A stretch of DNA of 64,000 nucleotides. It comes from Octopus sinensis (Eukaryota). The position numbers and the translations under genes were made by a program. The stretch is taken from NCBI RefSeq assembly GCF_006345805.1, contig NC_043002.1, forward strand, positions 109,616,001 to 109,680,000. Direction: 5' to 3'. Every line of letters begins with the position of its first letter. Positions within the stretch are counted from its first letter, which is position 1. The notes beneath the pieces are model-generated. The model was not told where the DNA came from and did no database searches. It saw only the letters and a list, made by a program, of their open reading frames with translations. Positions 48,443 through 63,784 of this stretch are shown here, piece after piece.

Positions 48443-51400
48443 TTTGTTTATTGCCCACAGGGGGCTAAACACAGAGGGGACAAACAAGGACAAAGGGATT
48501 AAGTTGATTACATTCACCCCAGTACATAACTGGTACTTATTTAATCAACCCCGAAAGGATGAAAGGCTAAGTCGGTCTCGGTGGAATTTGAACTCAGAAC
48601 GTAGTGGCAGATGAAATACCGCTAAGCATTTTGCTTGGCATGCTAACGTTTCTGCCAGCTCGCCACCTTTTATTATTATTATTATTGAGCAGTGCATGCC
48701 ATCAAAGTGAGACTGGGGTAAAATATATGAAGCCCAGTATATCCCTCATGGCTACCCGTCTGATAAGGGTACACCAGGCACATGCATCACAACAAATATG
48801 TGCGTGACATGGTGATCTCATATCAAGATTAACAGCACATGACCTTGCAGGTGGGGCCCAGTTAGAATTTTTTTCAGGTTGAGTAGCACATCCTGCTCAA
48901 AAGGTCCCTGAATAAGGCTTGTTTAAGTATGTTGAATGAAACACGTATGTTTCCAAAGGTGAATTATTCCAACCCCAAAGAATCCCTCTCAACACATGGC
49001 TATGATGCTCCCCCACTACTTCTGCTCGTGATCAGAGATGCACATATCTTCAGCCACTAAGGGACATGCTCAACTGGTTAAGGTCAAACAATTGACAAGC
49101 AAATCTTTGGTACTGAGCAGAATATTTGCTGTAGCCCATCTTTTATACCAAGACAAAACAATGTACATAATAACACTTCCAATCAGTTAAGATCAGAAGC
49201 CATGAGAGCTATTGCCTGGTTATTATTATTATTATTATTGACTTCCATTGTGTGAAGAAGCTATCTTGCTTCCCTCTTTGAAAACTGATCAATTCAAATC
49301 TTATCAAATGAAATTTTCATTGAAGTATTTGTAAAGATGACAATAACCTCCTCAGGAAGGTCTGCTCTCAATATGTGGAGTGAGACAACCTGCAAAAACA
49401 TGAGGTTTGTTTCATAAAACTTTTAAACTTTTATTCGCATACATTTCATTTTCACGTCGAAAATGGTCACCACACAAGACTAAACACTGCAATGGCAAAA
49501 AAACAAAAACAAAAACAAATCAAAACACACAACTGAGTGTACAAGAGGAAAATGAAAACCCAGTTTTAGTGAACAATTAACTGGAGAAAAAGTGCCAAAT
49601 TCTCAAATAAGTAATTTAGGACACGACGATGATGGTGGCGATGACAACAACAACAACAACAAAAATAGTATCAGTGATTCTTGGTTTCAAATAATGAGGG
49701 TCTGTTCACACAGCAGTTGTTGTGTGAAGGCAAACCTTCCCTTAATATGAACTGAACATATAGAACTTTTTAGATGTATTAAGGTTACATGAAAAAAAAA
49801 TGCAAGTGGGAAAATTTTATAAGCCCAAACAGCATTTCCTTGCTACAGGAGCTAATCCAGAAAAGAGCAAAGAAAAAGAATATATATCTCTGCTTATGAA
49901 AGGAATAGAATTAAATGTCAAGTAGTACAAAAACTCTTCAAGATATATTGGGAGAAGATCTCTCAAGTGAGAATGGCAAAAGCTATGGCACTGATAGCTG
50001 CACCTTTAAAACTGAAGATACAAGTAATACACTGGCTGGAATTGCCAGACATATCTCTGGCAATATATTTGTACCCTGGTACATAGGTCAAAGAAATACA
50101 AGAGTGGCAGTAAGAGACATCAAAAAATGACATAGATTCATCTCTAAGTAGTGACTTTTGGGAGAGAGGTCAAAGAAGGATTAATGAAAAGTGACATGTG
50201 GTTAGGGAGGGCCAAAATGGGTTAGTAAGTCATAATTCAGAGGCCACAGAGCCACGCTGGAACTGTGTACAGTAGAAGGCACCTAGACAAAGGGCGTGGA
50301 ATTAATGATACAGAGTAGAAAGCCTAACCGTCAGATTTGTTAAGAGTGAAAATCTCCTTAGAGTTGAAAGCAGAGAAGTATTGGAAAGGCTAAGCAAATT
50401 AGAAATATTTTTATGCTGACTATCAGAAATAGATGAACAAACAACCTGTTCCATAACAGTTCCAACCAGTAGTATTACACCTTCATTATGTAACGAAGGG
50501 AAAAAATAATTACAGAGAAAAAGAAGCCTCAATGCAGGACAAGAAAAACAAGTGATGAGGAACAGATTCTTTCAAACAATGACAACAAAAAAATACTGCC
50601 TCAGGAAAATAAAAAAGAAAATTAAGAGAATGAAGATGAATTCAGTGGCTTTCAAAAATCAAACGAATTATTAATAGACAAAATTATTCATCTGTAGTGC
50701 CATGGGCTTTTCTAAAGTATGACCAGAATACAAACAACATGTGAACGGTAGATTATTGGTAGAATTAAAATTAAGCATTACACCAAACTTATTTTTCAAC
50801 ACCAAATGTCTCAAAAAATGCTCATTGGGGCATTTGGCTGCACTTACACAAAATTTCAGGAATGTGTGTGTGTGTGCGCACACATGTATGCCTACCTTTA
50901 AAATTCTTAATACATCTTTCCATATATTGCAGGTTTCTCACGCCTACCTTCATTTTTGCATTATCACACCACATTTTCCTTCTCTTTCTTTATAATCTCC
51001 CATGAACATTATATATCTCTTTGAGCTTTTGTTACTAATAAAGATGATGGTAATTATTATTATAATTAAGGTGGAAAACTGACAGAATCATTAGCACACT
51101 GGACAAAATGCTTAGAGGTATTTCACCTATCTTTATGTTCTGAGTTCAAATTCCACTGAAGTTGACTTTATCTTTCATCCTTTCTGGGTCAATAAATTAA
51201 GCACCAGATGTGTACTGGGGTCGATCTAATCCACTGGCCCCCTCCCTCCACAAAATTTCAGGCCTTATGCCTAGAATAGAAAAGAATACTTTGCCTTTTA
51301 TTTTGTCTGTCTTTACATTCTGAGTTCAAATTCCACTGAAGATGCCTTTGCCTTTCATCCTTTCGGGGTCGATCTAATCGACTGCCGCCCCCTCCCCCAA

Positions 51401-52748
51401 AATTCTGGGCCTTGTGCCTAGAGTAGAAAAGATTTTGTTAAAAGTGGCAAGCTGGTAGAACTGTTAGCATATCAGACAAAATGCCAAGAGACATTTTATC
51501 CATCTTTACGTTCTGAGCTCAGCTTTGCCTTCATCCTTAAACAGCCAATAAAATAAGTACCAGTTGACCACTGGTGTTGATGTAATTGGCCTTCCCCTTC
51601 CCTCAAAAACTGCTGGTACTATGCCAAAATTTGAAAAAGCATTCAATACATTCTGTGAAGTGGTTGGCATCAGGAAGGGCACCCAGTTGTAGAAACCAAG
51701 CGAAAACAGACAATGGAACCAAGGCTGACTCCTGGCCTTGCCAGTTCCGGTCAAGCCGTCCAGCATGGAAAACTGATGACAATGATAATGATAATGTTCA
51801 TTCAGAAAGACAAAAGTTTTCCTAACATTTTAAGGTGAAATCAAACCCATCACAGCTTCCAAAAGGATTGCTAACCCACAAGCATTAGCAGTGAAATAAA
51901 CCCTCTAATCACTTAATTAGAGTTTTAATTTTGTTTTTATTATGGGATAATGAAGTCTGGTGTTACAATGCAAGTGAGAAAATTTTATAAGCCCAAACAG
52001 CATTTCCTTGCTACAGGAGCTAATCCAGAAAAGGGCAAAGAAAAAGAATATATATCTCTGCTTATGAAAGGAATAGAATTAAATGTCAAGTAGTACAAAA
52101 AACTCTTCAAGATATATTGGGAGAAGTTCTCTCAAGTGAGAATGGCAAAAGCTATGGCACTAATAGCTGCACCTTTGTCTGATATGCTAACAGTTCTACC
52201 AGCTTGCCACTTTTAACAAAATCTTTTCTACTCAAGGCACAAGGCCCAGAATTTTGGGGGAGGGAGCGGCAGTCGATTAGATTGACCCCGAAAGTATGAA
52301 AGGCAAAGGCATTCTCAGTGGAATAAAACGACAGTCATCACACATACACACATAGGCAAACACACACCACACCACAAACCAATAACATATGTTGGATCAG
52401 GGACTGACCTGGGGCTAAATTACAACAACAAGAACAACAACCAGCAGCAGTGAGAGGTGATTCTAAGAAAATTTTCCACATTCACACAACAGATGGTGGA
52501 GGTGGGGTGGTGCCTTGTCCACCTATCTGCCAGATATGGTGTGGGAGGGAGTTGGGGGTGTGGAGACTGATGGCAGTGTGGCGGTGGTGGCTCGTGGCGA
52601 TTACACAGTGTCTCCATGTAACCTTCATCTTTAATAGGATTACAAACCTAAAATATCTCAACTGAGAACTGACTGCACTTATTGGTCCTAAAGAGATCAT
52701 AATTATCTCATGCTCCCCCCACCCCATATATACATATACATATATATA

Positions 52749-52805
<57 letters not shown>

Positions 52806-52880
52806 TATATTATACATATAAACATAAATATATACATATCTATGTAAACATATATATATATATATATTATGGCTGCCCCC

Positions 52881-52966
<86 letters not shown>

Positions 52967-53126
52967 ATACATACCCGCACACACACAAGAAATAATTGAG
53001 ATTCAGTTGAATTCGGTACTTCAGTTGAAGCACGAAGTCAGTATGGTATTATCCGCACAGCTCAGCTCAGAAGTAAGGTGAATAAAATCAAAATAATGAT
53101 ATCTTGATATCCTGTTGCTTGTTTTG

Positions 53127-53170
<44 letters not shown>

Positions 53171-54206
53171 TATATATACACACACACATATATATACATA
53201 CATATATGTACATATACATACATACATACATACATATATATATATATATAAACACTCACTCACATGCATGTATATATATATATATATGCACACATACATA
53301 TATATATATATACATATACATATACAAACATAAATGTATATACACACCTACATGTATCCACATATATGTGCATACATGCACACATACATATATATATACA
53401 CACACAGAGACACACACATATATATATATATGTATGTATGTATAAAATACCAGTTTTACACTCAGTGACATTTTCAGCAGCAAGCTGTAAACATCACACA
53501 CCTCTACAAGCCACCGCCATGACCACCACCACCACCACCACAGCAAACCTGACCCAAATTCCTTCCCTATACTATTGCCTGTCTCCTCCATATAGCCTCC
53601 ACCTCTGCACTATGTCATAACAAAACCCGGGTGTGGGGGGGGGCAGTCAGGGAGAACCCATGGCTGACCTTGAACCATTACCATCACCACCAGCAGCTTC
53701 TATCATATATCATTGCCATTACACCACATCACCACTGCCACCACCTCACACTGTCATCACCACTAAATCTACCATCACACACTAACCTCATAAAGACTTA
53801 CCACCACCATCACGTCCCCCCCCAACTATCTCTGCTCCCCACCTGCATCCCTCTAACCCCCTACATACTACAAGAGCCAACAAAGGGAGCCTCTATATCA
53901 TCGCTCGATCTGCTAAAAATAGCAACTAAATATTCTTCAAATCACACACCGAAGGAGACATTGGTTAACATGTTTGATGAGATCGTCATGGCTGGACTGT
54001 CTTTGATCATAAATCACTGTTCTGCCAGAACTAACTTATTTACACAACCCTCTGTCCCATAGAGTACAGAACCATAGCATATACTGTCATCACTATACAC
54101 ACACACAACCATAAGTACATCCGACACATGACAAAGTCTCTGTCCATTGGTGTTGATGGTGACCATTCAATTGTTTGGATCAAGTGAATCTCTCTCCTGC
54201 AATTAA

Positions 54207-54426
54207 CCCTTTCGTTACTGAATTTATTTTGAGATGCTCAGTGTTTCTTCCAATTATGTTAAATATAACAAAGAATTAAGTAAAATAACATCGTTATCAT
54301 TAGCTAGAGTTAGGGACATAAATTGTGTGTAAGGTTTGGTGGAAGGTTTTAATTCAGAACTTTTGAAAACCAGACATTTGTACTAAAGAGCCAGAGCCGG
54401 TTTCAGCCGGGTTGGTAACGAAAGGG
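54207..54426. mobile_element. piggyBac-type MITE, same family, opposite orientation
   Basis: Same TIRs and TTAA flanks; internal sequence is the reverse complement of 44508-44729. Confidence 0.85.
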
Positions 54427-57400
54427 TTAAAGTACAAGAGACCGAATATACCACAGACATGTGTGACCTCAGACAGAGGATAACCCTCTGACAGAACTGA
54501 CATGTCACCATGTGGCCCAGTGGTCAGGGTGTTGCACCCATGACTGCAACATTGTGGTTTCAATTCCTGCACTGAACACTTCATCGTGTATGTTGCCCCA
54601 GTCCACTCAGCTGTCAATGAATCACCCTGCAACAAACTGACCCCCCACTTCAAGGGGACTGCTGTGACCTCGGTCACTTATGATGCGATGAAAACTGGGT
54701 GACTGGTTCCCATGAGGCCAAAGAGTTGAGACAGTAATGTCCAGGGTGTTGATGATGATGATGATGATGATGTGGAAAGACTAGATTATCATATTATGGA
54801 TTATAAGGGAAGAGAGGGAAAAGGGGTGGTGGTGGTGGTGGCAGAATTGACCCCAGTACTGAACTGGGAAGAATAGAGAACAGGCTTGGCCTTGTGACCT
54901 TAGCAGGATTTGATTTCAGAGTACAGAGTACAAGGAACAAGATTGAATAAATGACACGATTTTGCTAATTACGCACCTGACACATACACAGACACACACA
55001 CACACACGGCAAAAACACAGACATCAAGTTCCACCAGAAGGAGAATAAGAGATGTCATCTCATTGTTATATGCACACACACTACCACAACTACCACACAC
55101 ACACCACCACCACCACCACCACTACCACAATAATATACACAAATTCCTCTCTGCATCACACACACATATACACACACAACCACCAAAGAACACGTACAAA
55201 TTCAACATTGCATCACACACACACATGACACACCCAGCACTGCAATGAAAAACCAATGACAGAATGTCCAAGTGGTTGCGTCACCTGTTAGAAATAGCAG
55301 CAGCCAAAACTTGCCCATATCACACTCCATTGTCTTGAAGAAGGATACAGATAATGTAATTCTGCGTTCTCTGCACATGGGAAAAAGATGGAATGGTCAT
55401 GGGTGGAACGCTTTTGATCATAAGTGTGTTGACTCAGGACTGACCTCGGGCTAAACAACCATCTCCACTACCTATAACCATTACAGTACACATCACTACC
55501 TATAACCATTACAGTACACCACCACTACAAGTACTAATTCCTCTGACAATCCAACTGTGACCAATCAGACCTTCCCTTATTAACCAACTCCCTTTGTTAA
55601 CACTGTTTCACCTGAATGACTTCCAGATATTTCACTGGATTTCTCCACTCATGGCTGTCACCCTCAATTTACTCTCTGATGGTACTTAATTCCCCCGACT
55701 ACTTCACCTAGTTTTGTTGTTTAACCCCAGGCTAGCTCTGATTAGGCAGGCCTATGATCAAAGATGCCCTTTGCATCTTATTCACACAAAACGTACCTTA
55801 AGGTAAAGCACTGTTTGTGGCTGTGTAGTTGTTGCTTAGCTCCAGGTCAGCCCTGATCTAGCAGATCTATAATCAAAGACATTCCAGCTGTGACCATCCC
55901 GTCTGTTTTTTCAGGTGTAGTATATTCTAGAATACCTTTGCCAGGCAGGAGTGATTTGAGGGATATCTGGCTGCTATTTTTAGCAGGTAGAGGAACAGCT
56001 ATAGAGATCCTCATTCACATGTTTGTCTGGACTGATTAGAAAGAGCCGAGTGTTATTAGGGTGGTGTTTGAAGGTGGGGTGTTTATAGGGTGGTGTTGTA
56101 GATGTGATTAGACTGACTGGTAAGTGTTGTACAAGTGTTCTGGAAGTGTTGAAGTAGAATTCTGGGGTTGATTTCAATGCTTAGAGGAATGTAGTTCTTC
56201 AATCACTGCACTGTACCAATGTCTCAAGTAAGAACCTCTTGCTCCTTCTTCTGTACCCCCCCCAGCCAAAGATCCTCGTTTGCTTCCTGTTAATTGACAT
56301 CTGAAGATAAATGAGAATGGTGGAGGGTCCTACATTTGGCACAGACAGAGAGGACACTGGACTTCAACCAAGTTTGAGAAAGAAGGAATGTAACTGATGA
56401 TGATGATGATGATGATGGTAATGAAGTTAATGATAATTATAATTATAATGATTACAGCAATAAGGGTGACATTAATGATTATAATGATGATGGCTGTCAG
56501 TAATGAGGACGTCATAGCAACCGTCTCACTTAAAAGAGTAGACATTATTTAGTACTACTTTAGATAATGGTCTACTGGAGTATTTGTAACCTATGCTGTG
56601 AAATGACCCGATCTGGATTAGGATTAGGGTTAGGGTTAGGCTGCATGCACTTTATATACACTTGACGAGCTGGCAGAACTGTTAGCACACCGGGCGAAAT
56701 GCGTAGCCGTATTTCGTCTGCCGTTACATTCTGAGTTCAAATTCCGCCGAGGTCGACTTTGCCTTTCATCCTTTCGGGGTCGATAAATTAAGTACCAGTT
56801 ATGCACTGGGGTCGATGTAATCGACTTAATCCGTTTGTCTGTCCTTGTTTGTCCCTTCTATGTTTAGCCCCTTGTGGGTAGTAAAGAAACATATATACAC
56901 TTGACGGATATTTGTCCTCATCTTGTTTGTTGTTAACACAACCTTTTAGCTGATATACCCTCCAGTTCAAACCTTGGTTCTCATTCCTAAGGTATTTTTC
57001 GATGTTGTTATTATTATTTATAATCCTGGGGTTAGTAGCCCAAGCTCTTAACCACTACACCATATGCCTGTGGGCAATTATGGAGTGAATTTTAGGACTT
57101 ATACTCTTTACTCTTTTACTTGTTTCAGTCATTTGACTGCGGCCATGCTGGAGCACCGCCTTTAATCGAGCAACTCGACCTCAGGACTTATTCTTTTTGT
57201 AAGCCCAGTACTTATTCTATCGGTCTCTTTTGCCGAACCGCTAAGTAACGGGGACATAAACACACCAGCATCGGTTGTCAAGCAATGCTAGGGGGACAAA
57301 CACAGACACACAAACACACACACGCATATATATATCTACATATATACGACGGGCTTCTTTCAGTTTCCGTCTACCAAATCCACTCACAAGGCTTTGGTCG

Positions 57401-58174
57401 GCCCGAGGCTATAGTAGAAGACACTTGCCCAAGGTGCCACGCAGTGGGACTGAACCCGGAACCATGTGGTTGGTAAACAAGCTACTTACCACACAGCCAC
57501 TCTTGCGCCTATAAATCTAATATTTTCCTACCCTTCCTTAATACCGGTTCCCATATTCTACTCATATCTGCACTCCATCAAATGTAAATAATGTACATAA
57601 TTCCTCATCTCTTAAATGTAGAACTGAAAGTGCAAATGGCTGGGTAGATTGTACATTAAATTGGCACCCAGTATTTTGTGTCGTATTGACAGAATTAATG
57701 AGATCAAAGCAATTAATGTTTAATGTTCCTTTTGAGCCATTGCAAGTTGATAGCTGCAGGAATCGGTTCTTTTCACTTTGAACGGCAGATCATGAAATTA
57801 AATATTTGTAACTAAACACTTTGAAACTTCAGACACTGGTAGAATGTGTCATATAAAACATATTTTACTCTTAGCATTTTTGAGAAAAACTTATATTTAC
57901 GAAGTTATTTCATGTTAAAGTTGTATTTCGGTAATTTCAACCAATCAATGACGTGTATTCAGCTGAATAAAACTACTGCTGTTGTTTGTCAACAACAACT
58001 ATCGGCGGAGTATATTTCGTTTGCCACTGTTATTTATGACATTGTTATTTATGACATCATCTCTCAGATGATAGAGAGGTGATAGGTGTTAGGGGATGCA
58101 ATGTGTATGTGTGTGGGGTGGAGAGGGAGGAAGAGTCCCTCACAGACAAGCATAAACCAAGGGGGGTTAGGTTA

Positions 58175-58330
58175 TCAAATCTGCTGTGGCAGACGGGTCT
58201 TCTTGAGTAAAGCAAGGTACCAGATATCTTGGTCCTTTGTAAGGTTCAGTGTCTGGAGATCGACCATCAGTACTTTGTCCCATGTCTTCCTGGGTCTCCC
58301 TCTTCCACGAGTTCTAGGGTATTTGCTTGG
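58175..58330 (-). mobile_element. RTE LINE 3' ORF remnant
   Basis: RGRGRPRKTWDKVLMVDLQTLNL. Confidence 0.7.
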
Positions 58331-59485
58331 ATTTCTTTCACTATAGCAAATACATGTATATATATTTGTTGGCACTCCGTCGCTTACGACGACGAGGGTT
58401 CCAGTTGATCCAGTCAACAGAACAGCCTGCTCATGAAATTAACGTGCAAGTGGCTGAGTACTCCACAGACATGTATACCCTTAACATAGTTCCTGGGGAG
58501 ATTCAGCGTGACATAGAATGTGACAAGGCTGGCCCTTTTGAATTACAGGTACAACAGAAACAGGAAGAAAGAGTGAGAGAAAGTTGTGGTGAAAGAGTAC
58601 AGCAGGGTTCGCCACCACCCCCTGCCGGAGACTCGTGGAGCTTTAGGTGTTTTCACTCAATAAACACTCACTGCGTCCGGTCTGGGAATTGAAACTGTTA
58701 TCCTATGACCGCAAGTCCGCAGCCCTAACCACTGGGCCAGTGCGCCTGCACATATATATATATACACTCATACCTTGGTACTATGGATCTCCCTTTAATG
58801 GATTTCGGAAGCAGCAGAGAAAATGATGGCATATCAATAACATCACTTCACCATCCACGGTAAGTCTGATTTTAAATTAAAAATGTTCAATTTACTGTAT
58901 TATAGTGTATATTTACAGTGTACAGGTATTTCACGCTGTCAGATTGGACAGTGGGCTTCATTAAAGGTATTTATTCCCATGTCTTTCATGATGTAATTCT
59001 TTAATTGACTGTAGCCATGCTGGAGCACCACCTTTAGTCGAACAAATCGACCCCAGGACTTATTCTTTGTAAGCCTAGTACTTATTCTATCGGGTCTCTT
59101 TTGCCAAACTACTAAGTTATGGGGACGTAAACACACCAATGTTAGTTGTCAAGCGAGAGTGGTGGTGGTGGGGGACAAACACATACAAATACATACATTA
59201 TGGGCTTCTTTCAGTTTCCATCTACCAAATCCACTCACAAGGCCTTAGTCAACCCAAGGCTATAGTAGAAGACACTTTCCCAAAGTGTCATGTGGTAGGC
59301 TGAACCCGGAAGCATGTGGTTGGGAAGCAAGCTTCTTACCACACAGCCACCACTTCTAATGTAACCTAACCTTAGTGTTGGTACCTACAAACAATTGGCT
59401 TCATCGGACCAATGTTCCCCACTTTTAGCCTGTAGTACCGAAATAGGAGCGCATATATGTGTGTGTGTGTATATATATATATATA

Positions 59486-60000
59486 CTAGCAGTATCGCCC
59501 GGCGTTGCTCGGGTTTGTAAGGGAAATAACTATATAAGCATTTTTAGAGAGTTACTTCCCTTATAGATGCCAATTCGGGCTTTCTTAGCCATTTCTGTTT
59601 TGGTGTCTTCAAGCCATGAAGTCGTTCTAAAAGAACGCTGGTCTCCTTGACAACGCATTACGACGTTGATTTCCTTACACTCCCTTCCCCACAGCTTCAC
59701 GAGGGAGGGAAGAAGGGGGAGAAGCAAACACAGGTGCAGGTGTTTGAGCGTGGACGCCAACTCAGCCGCCATCGACACACGAAAAATTATGCATTAAAAT
59801 GGAATAAAAAAATGATGTTAAATTATTTTTAAAATCGTAGACTCATCGTAGACGCACGCTAATAGCCAGACGGGCTCGATATTAATCACGACTATAAGAT
59901 ACTCGTTTTTGGTTAAACTGCACTGCAAAATGTGGGAGGAGTTAGGAATCTAAATTGTAGGAGACAGACACTCACACAACTACAGTTTTATATATATAGA
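59486..60000 (-). mobile_element. Non-autonomous Helitron, same subfamily as 6211-6701
   Basis: 3' CCCGAGCAACGCCGGG hairpin plus CTAG; 5' TC; same internal 215-bp segment. Confidence 0.8.
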
Positions 60001-60322
60001 TATACATTCTTTTATTCTTTTACTTTTGTGGCCATGCTGGAGCACTACCTTTAGTCAAACAGATCAACCCCAGGGTTTTTTCGTTGTCAGCCTAGTACTT
60101 ATTCTATCGATCTTAGCTGAACCGCTAAGTTATGAGGATGTAAACACACTAACATATACACATACATATATATATATATTGTGCGCAGCTGAAGAAGGCT
60201 ATTGACATACATGTTACATCAATTATGCATTGATATAAACAGTCCAATAAAGCCAGAAACATATGTACCACTAAATCCTTTGCATCCTGTTTTTCTTTTG
60301 ATAAATATACATATATATATAT

Positions 60323-60536
60323 ATTAACAATTAAGGAACGGCCATAATAGGCCAATCACCCACTAGAAATAACAGCCAAAGCTTCTACCGCAAATAAAGA
60401 TCAATTCCGTAAACAGGAGAAAATTAAAAAAACATTTACCTCCTGTTTACGGAATTGATCTTTATTTGCGGTAGAAGCTTTGGCTGTTATTTCTAGTGGG
60501 TGAATGGCCTATTATGGCCGTTCCTTAATTGTTAAT
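60323..60536. repeat. Long inverted repeat, 97-bp arms, 20-nt loop
   Basis: 60323-60419 vs 60440-60536, one mismatch. Confidence 0.95.
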
Positions 60537-60635
60537 GTTGAACTTAAAAATGGTCTATGACTATTTAATTTTTTCCCACTGGGCCGCTGGTGGCAATAAA
60601 ATTCTACAAAATTTTCCTTGCCACCCTATATTGAT

Positions 60636-60672
<37 letters not shown>

Positions 60673-60776
60673 AAAATGGTAAATAATTTTTCAGTGGTTT
60701 TTCATATAACCAACAATTATTTACCGGTAAATTTCGGTATGTAAATATGACAATTCATCGTCAGGAACTTCTATAA

Positions 60777-60808
<32 letters not shown>

Positions 60809-62553
60809 TATATTATATATATATATGTGAAGTATATTTGCCACTTAAATGTGGCTAACCACTAAGGGTAGAGGCTACTGTAGCTGTAGCCCCAGGAGAA
60901 CATCTCCTGCTAGCTATTGACACACTTTCTGTGCCCTATCAGTATTTGCAAAGGGAAGCCATCCTTCCTATCGGTGACCTGACGTGATACGCACGGGCCC
61001 GGGTTTCTGGGTATTTACCTGTCATCAGTGCATGACAATCAGCGGTCTTTGATGCGAAGGGGTTCCAATGCAAATACATATATCCTTTTTCCAGTGACGA
61101 AAAGTCACTGATCTCGAAAAAGTGTGAACAAGATACATACATACAGACAGACGTACAATACATACATATATAAAGTGCAGGTATAGGCTGTATGGTTTAA
61201 GAAGCTGTTTGCTTTGCAATTGGGTGGTTTCAAGTTCAATTCAACTCTGCAAATGTCTTCGTTACTATAAGCTTGAGATGGTCAAAGCCTTGTGAGTGGA
61301 TTTGGCAGAAGTAAACTGAAAGAAGCCCATTGTGTGCATGTATGTGTCCCCTTGCATTGGCATCATGCACTAATTATATAGAAACAGCATCTTCATCATA
61401 GAAGTGTTGTCTGCAAAACTATGGAAAAACTATAACCGTAACACTTCCACATACTTTACACTACACCACTTTTACACTGCTCAACAACTCCTACCACCAC
61501 CACCACTCACTCCATTACTCGTACTAGCACTACCACAGCCACGACCATCATGACGATGACGACAACCACCACCACAACCACAACCAATGCTACACCTGAG
61601 CAAAGTAAGATGCTGGGTTCTCACATAAATACATACATTACACATTGATGGTGGGAGAATTACAACTGGTCTTTAGTGGAAGGGGTGGTGGTGGTGGTGG
61701 TGGCTGTGATTTATTGGACACTAGCAGTAGTAGTAGTAGTAGTAGCAGTGTTGTATTAGTGGTGGTGGTGGTGTGAAATAGTAGCTGCACTGTGTTGGTC
61801 ATTGTGTGGTAGTAGTAGCAGAGTGGTATCTTAATAGTGATAGTAATAGTGGTGGTGTTTTGGTAGTAGTCGTAGCAGTGGTAGTAATGGCAGTGACTGG
61901 TGGTGGTGGTGGTGAAGGCAGGGAATGAGAAGGGGGAGCAGAGACCTCACTAAACAGAATATTTATATGGCAATACGCATTAAATGTAACTAATTCACAT
62001 AGCCATATAGTTACACATATACATATATAACTATGCACGCATACATATGAACCACACACGCACAAACACACATCTGTATATGTACAAGGGCGGAGAGCTG
62101 GCAGAACCGTTAGCACGCCGGGCGAAATGCGTAGCCGTTCTGAGTTCAAATTCCGAGGTCAACTTTGCCTTTCATCCTTTCGGGGTCAATAAATTAAGTA
62201 CCAGTTACGCATTGGGGTCGATGTAATCGACTTAATTCGTTTGTCCCCTCTATGTTTAGCCCCTTGTGGGTAATAAAGAAACATATATATATATATATCC
62301 CATCATATATATATATATATACATATACGAAGGGCTTCTTTCAGTTTCCATCTACCAAATCCTCACAAACCTTTGGTTGGTCTGAGGCTATAGTACAAGA
62401 CACTTGCCCAAGATGCCACACAGTGGCACTGAACCCGGACCCATGTGGTTGGTAAGCAAGCTACTTACCACACAGCCACTCCTGCACCTATATATATATA
62501 TATATATTATATATATATATATATATTTGTACACATTGAAAAAATACACATAC

Positions 62554-62601
<48 letters not shown>

Positions 62602-63083
62602 AGAAAATGGAGAAATATATCTCTCCATTTTCTTATCTTGTATTAGTAATTTGTGGTAAATCATTTTAGCTTTGCCCATATAATACAGTAAATGAATTGA
62701 TTGCATCGCAATCCTTAACATTTATGTATTAACTTTGTTGGGTACTTCACTAGCAGTATATTGGATATATGTTATCCCATGGAGGGTTGCATTTACAACC
62801 CCTATCTCAATTTGTATATATATATATAATATGATGATAAATGTGTACAAATAACACGGAAAAAATAAATAAATAGTTAGCAGTGTATCAAAAATTCACA
62901 TAAGTGCCAAGAATGTTACAGCCTACTTATAAAGGTAGAAATTCCAGGGTTAAGTGAAATTCTTCGAAACATATGTCGGAAGTATAAAGATTTGAATAAC
63001 ATCTGCATTTGGGTACTTCACTAGCAGTATATTGGATATATGTTATCCCATGGAGGGTTGCATTTACAACCCCTATCTCAATT

Positions 63084-63151
<68 letters not shown>

Positions 63152-63739
63152 TAATATATGTATTTTTACCCATTTATACAGTAACATATATATCAACACA
63201 CTAGTGTGCCTCCTCAGACAGTGTGCCATACCACAAGGGTATTCAAAGGGCACCGTTTTGAAATCCTAATTTAAGACTTCTGAAAATTCATATTTATCCT
63301 TGGCCTTCATGTAAAAAAACAACATGTTATTTATAATTTTGTTCCACATAAGTGTGAACAGAAGCAACTAATTTCCTTTGTTGTTTAAAACTTTTTTAAC
63401 AACAAAACAATTAATTATTATTTTTAACTTCCCATGTGAAATATCATTTTTATTTGAACTCCAGTGATTCAAATGGATTAATGATCACTGCCTTATACAC
63501 TCTCATACACAACATCAGATATAAATATAGGAACACAATGGCATAAAAAGGCCTTTTTATTGAAATATTAGTGTGTATATATTACTGTGTGTATGCATCA
63601 CCACCACTACCACCACCACCACCACCACCATGTCCATTGGTGGCGGTGGTGATACTAGGAACAAACCACAATATAATCACAAATGTGCTATTGTTTTCTG
63701 GTCTAACAATGTACAGTGTCTTCTCACACATGGACACAT

Positions 63740-63784
<45 letters not shown>

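Noticed and set aside
56618-56640. Interstitial telomere (TTAGGG)
   Set aside because: Only two to three units, within chance or ordinary repeat content.
58770-58865. Plus-strand mini-exon MDLPLMDFGSSRENDGISITSLHHP with a strong GGTAAGT donor
   Set aside because: No homology and no partner exons identified.
60939-61163. Possible CRIM1 exon 2 (WNPF...C.AL before a phase-1 gtaaat donor) in a CpG-rich patch
   Set aside because: The CxC and NPF motifs lie in different frames and the required cysteines are missing; could be regulatory, but I have no support.
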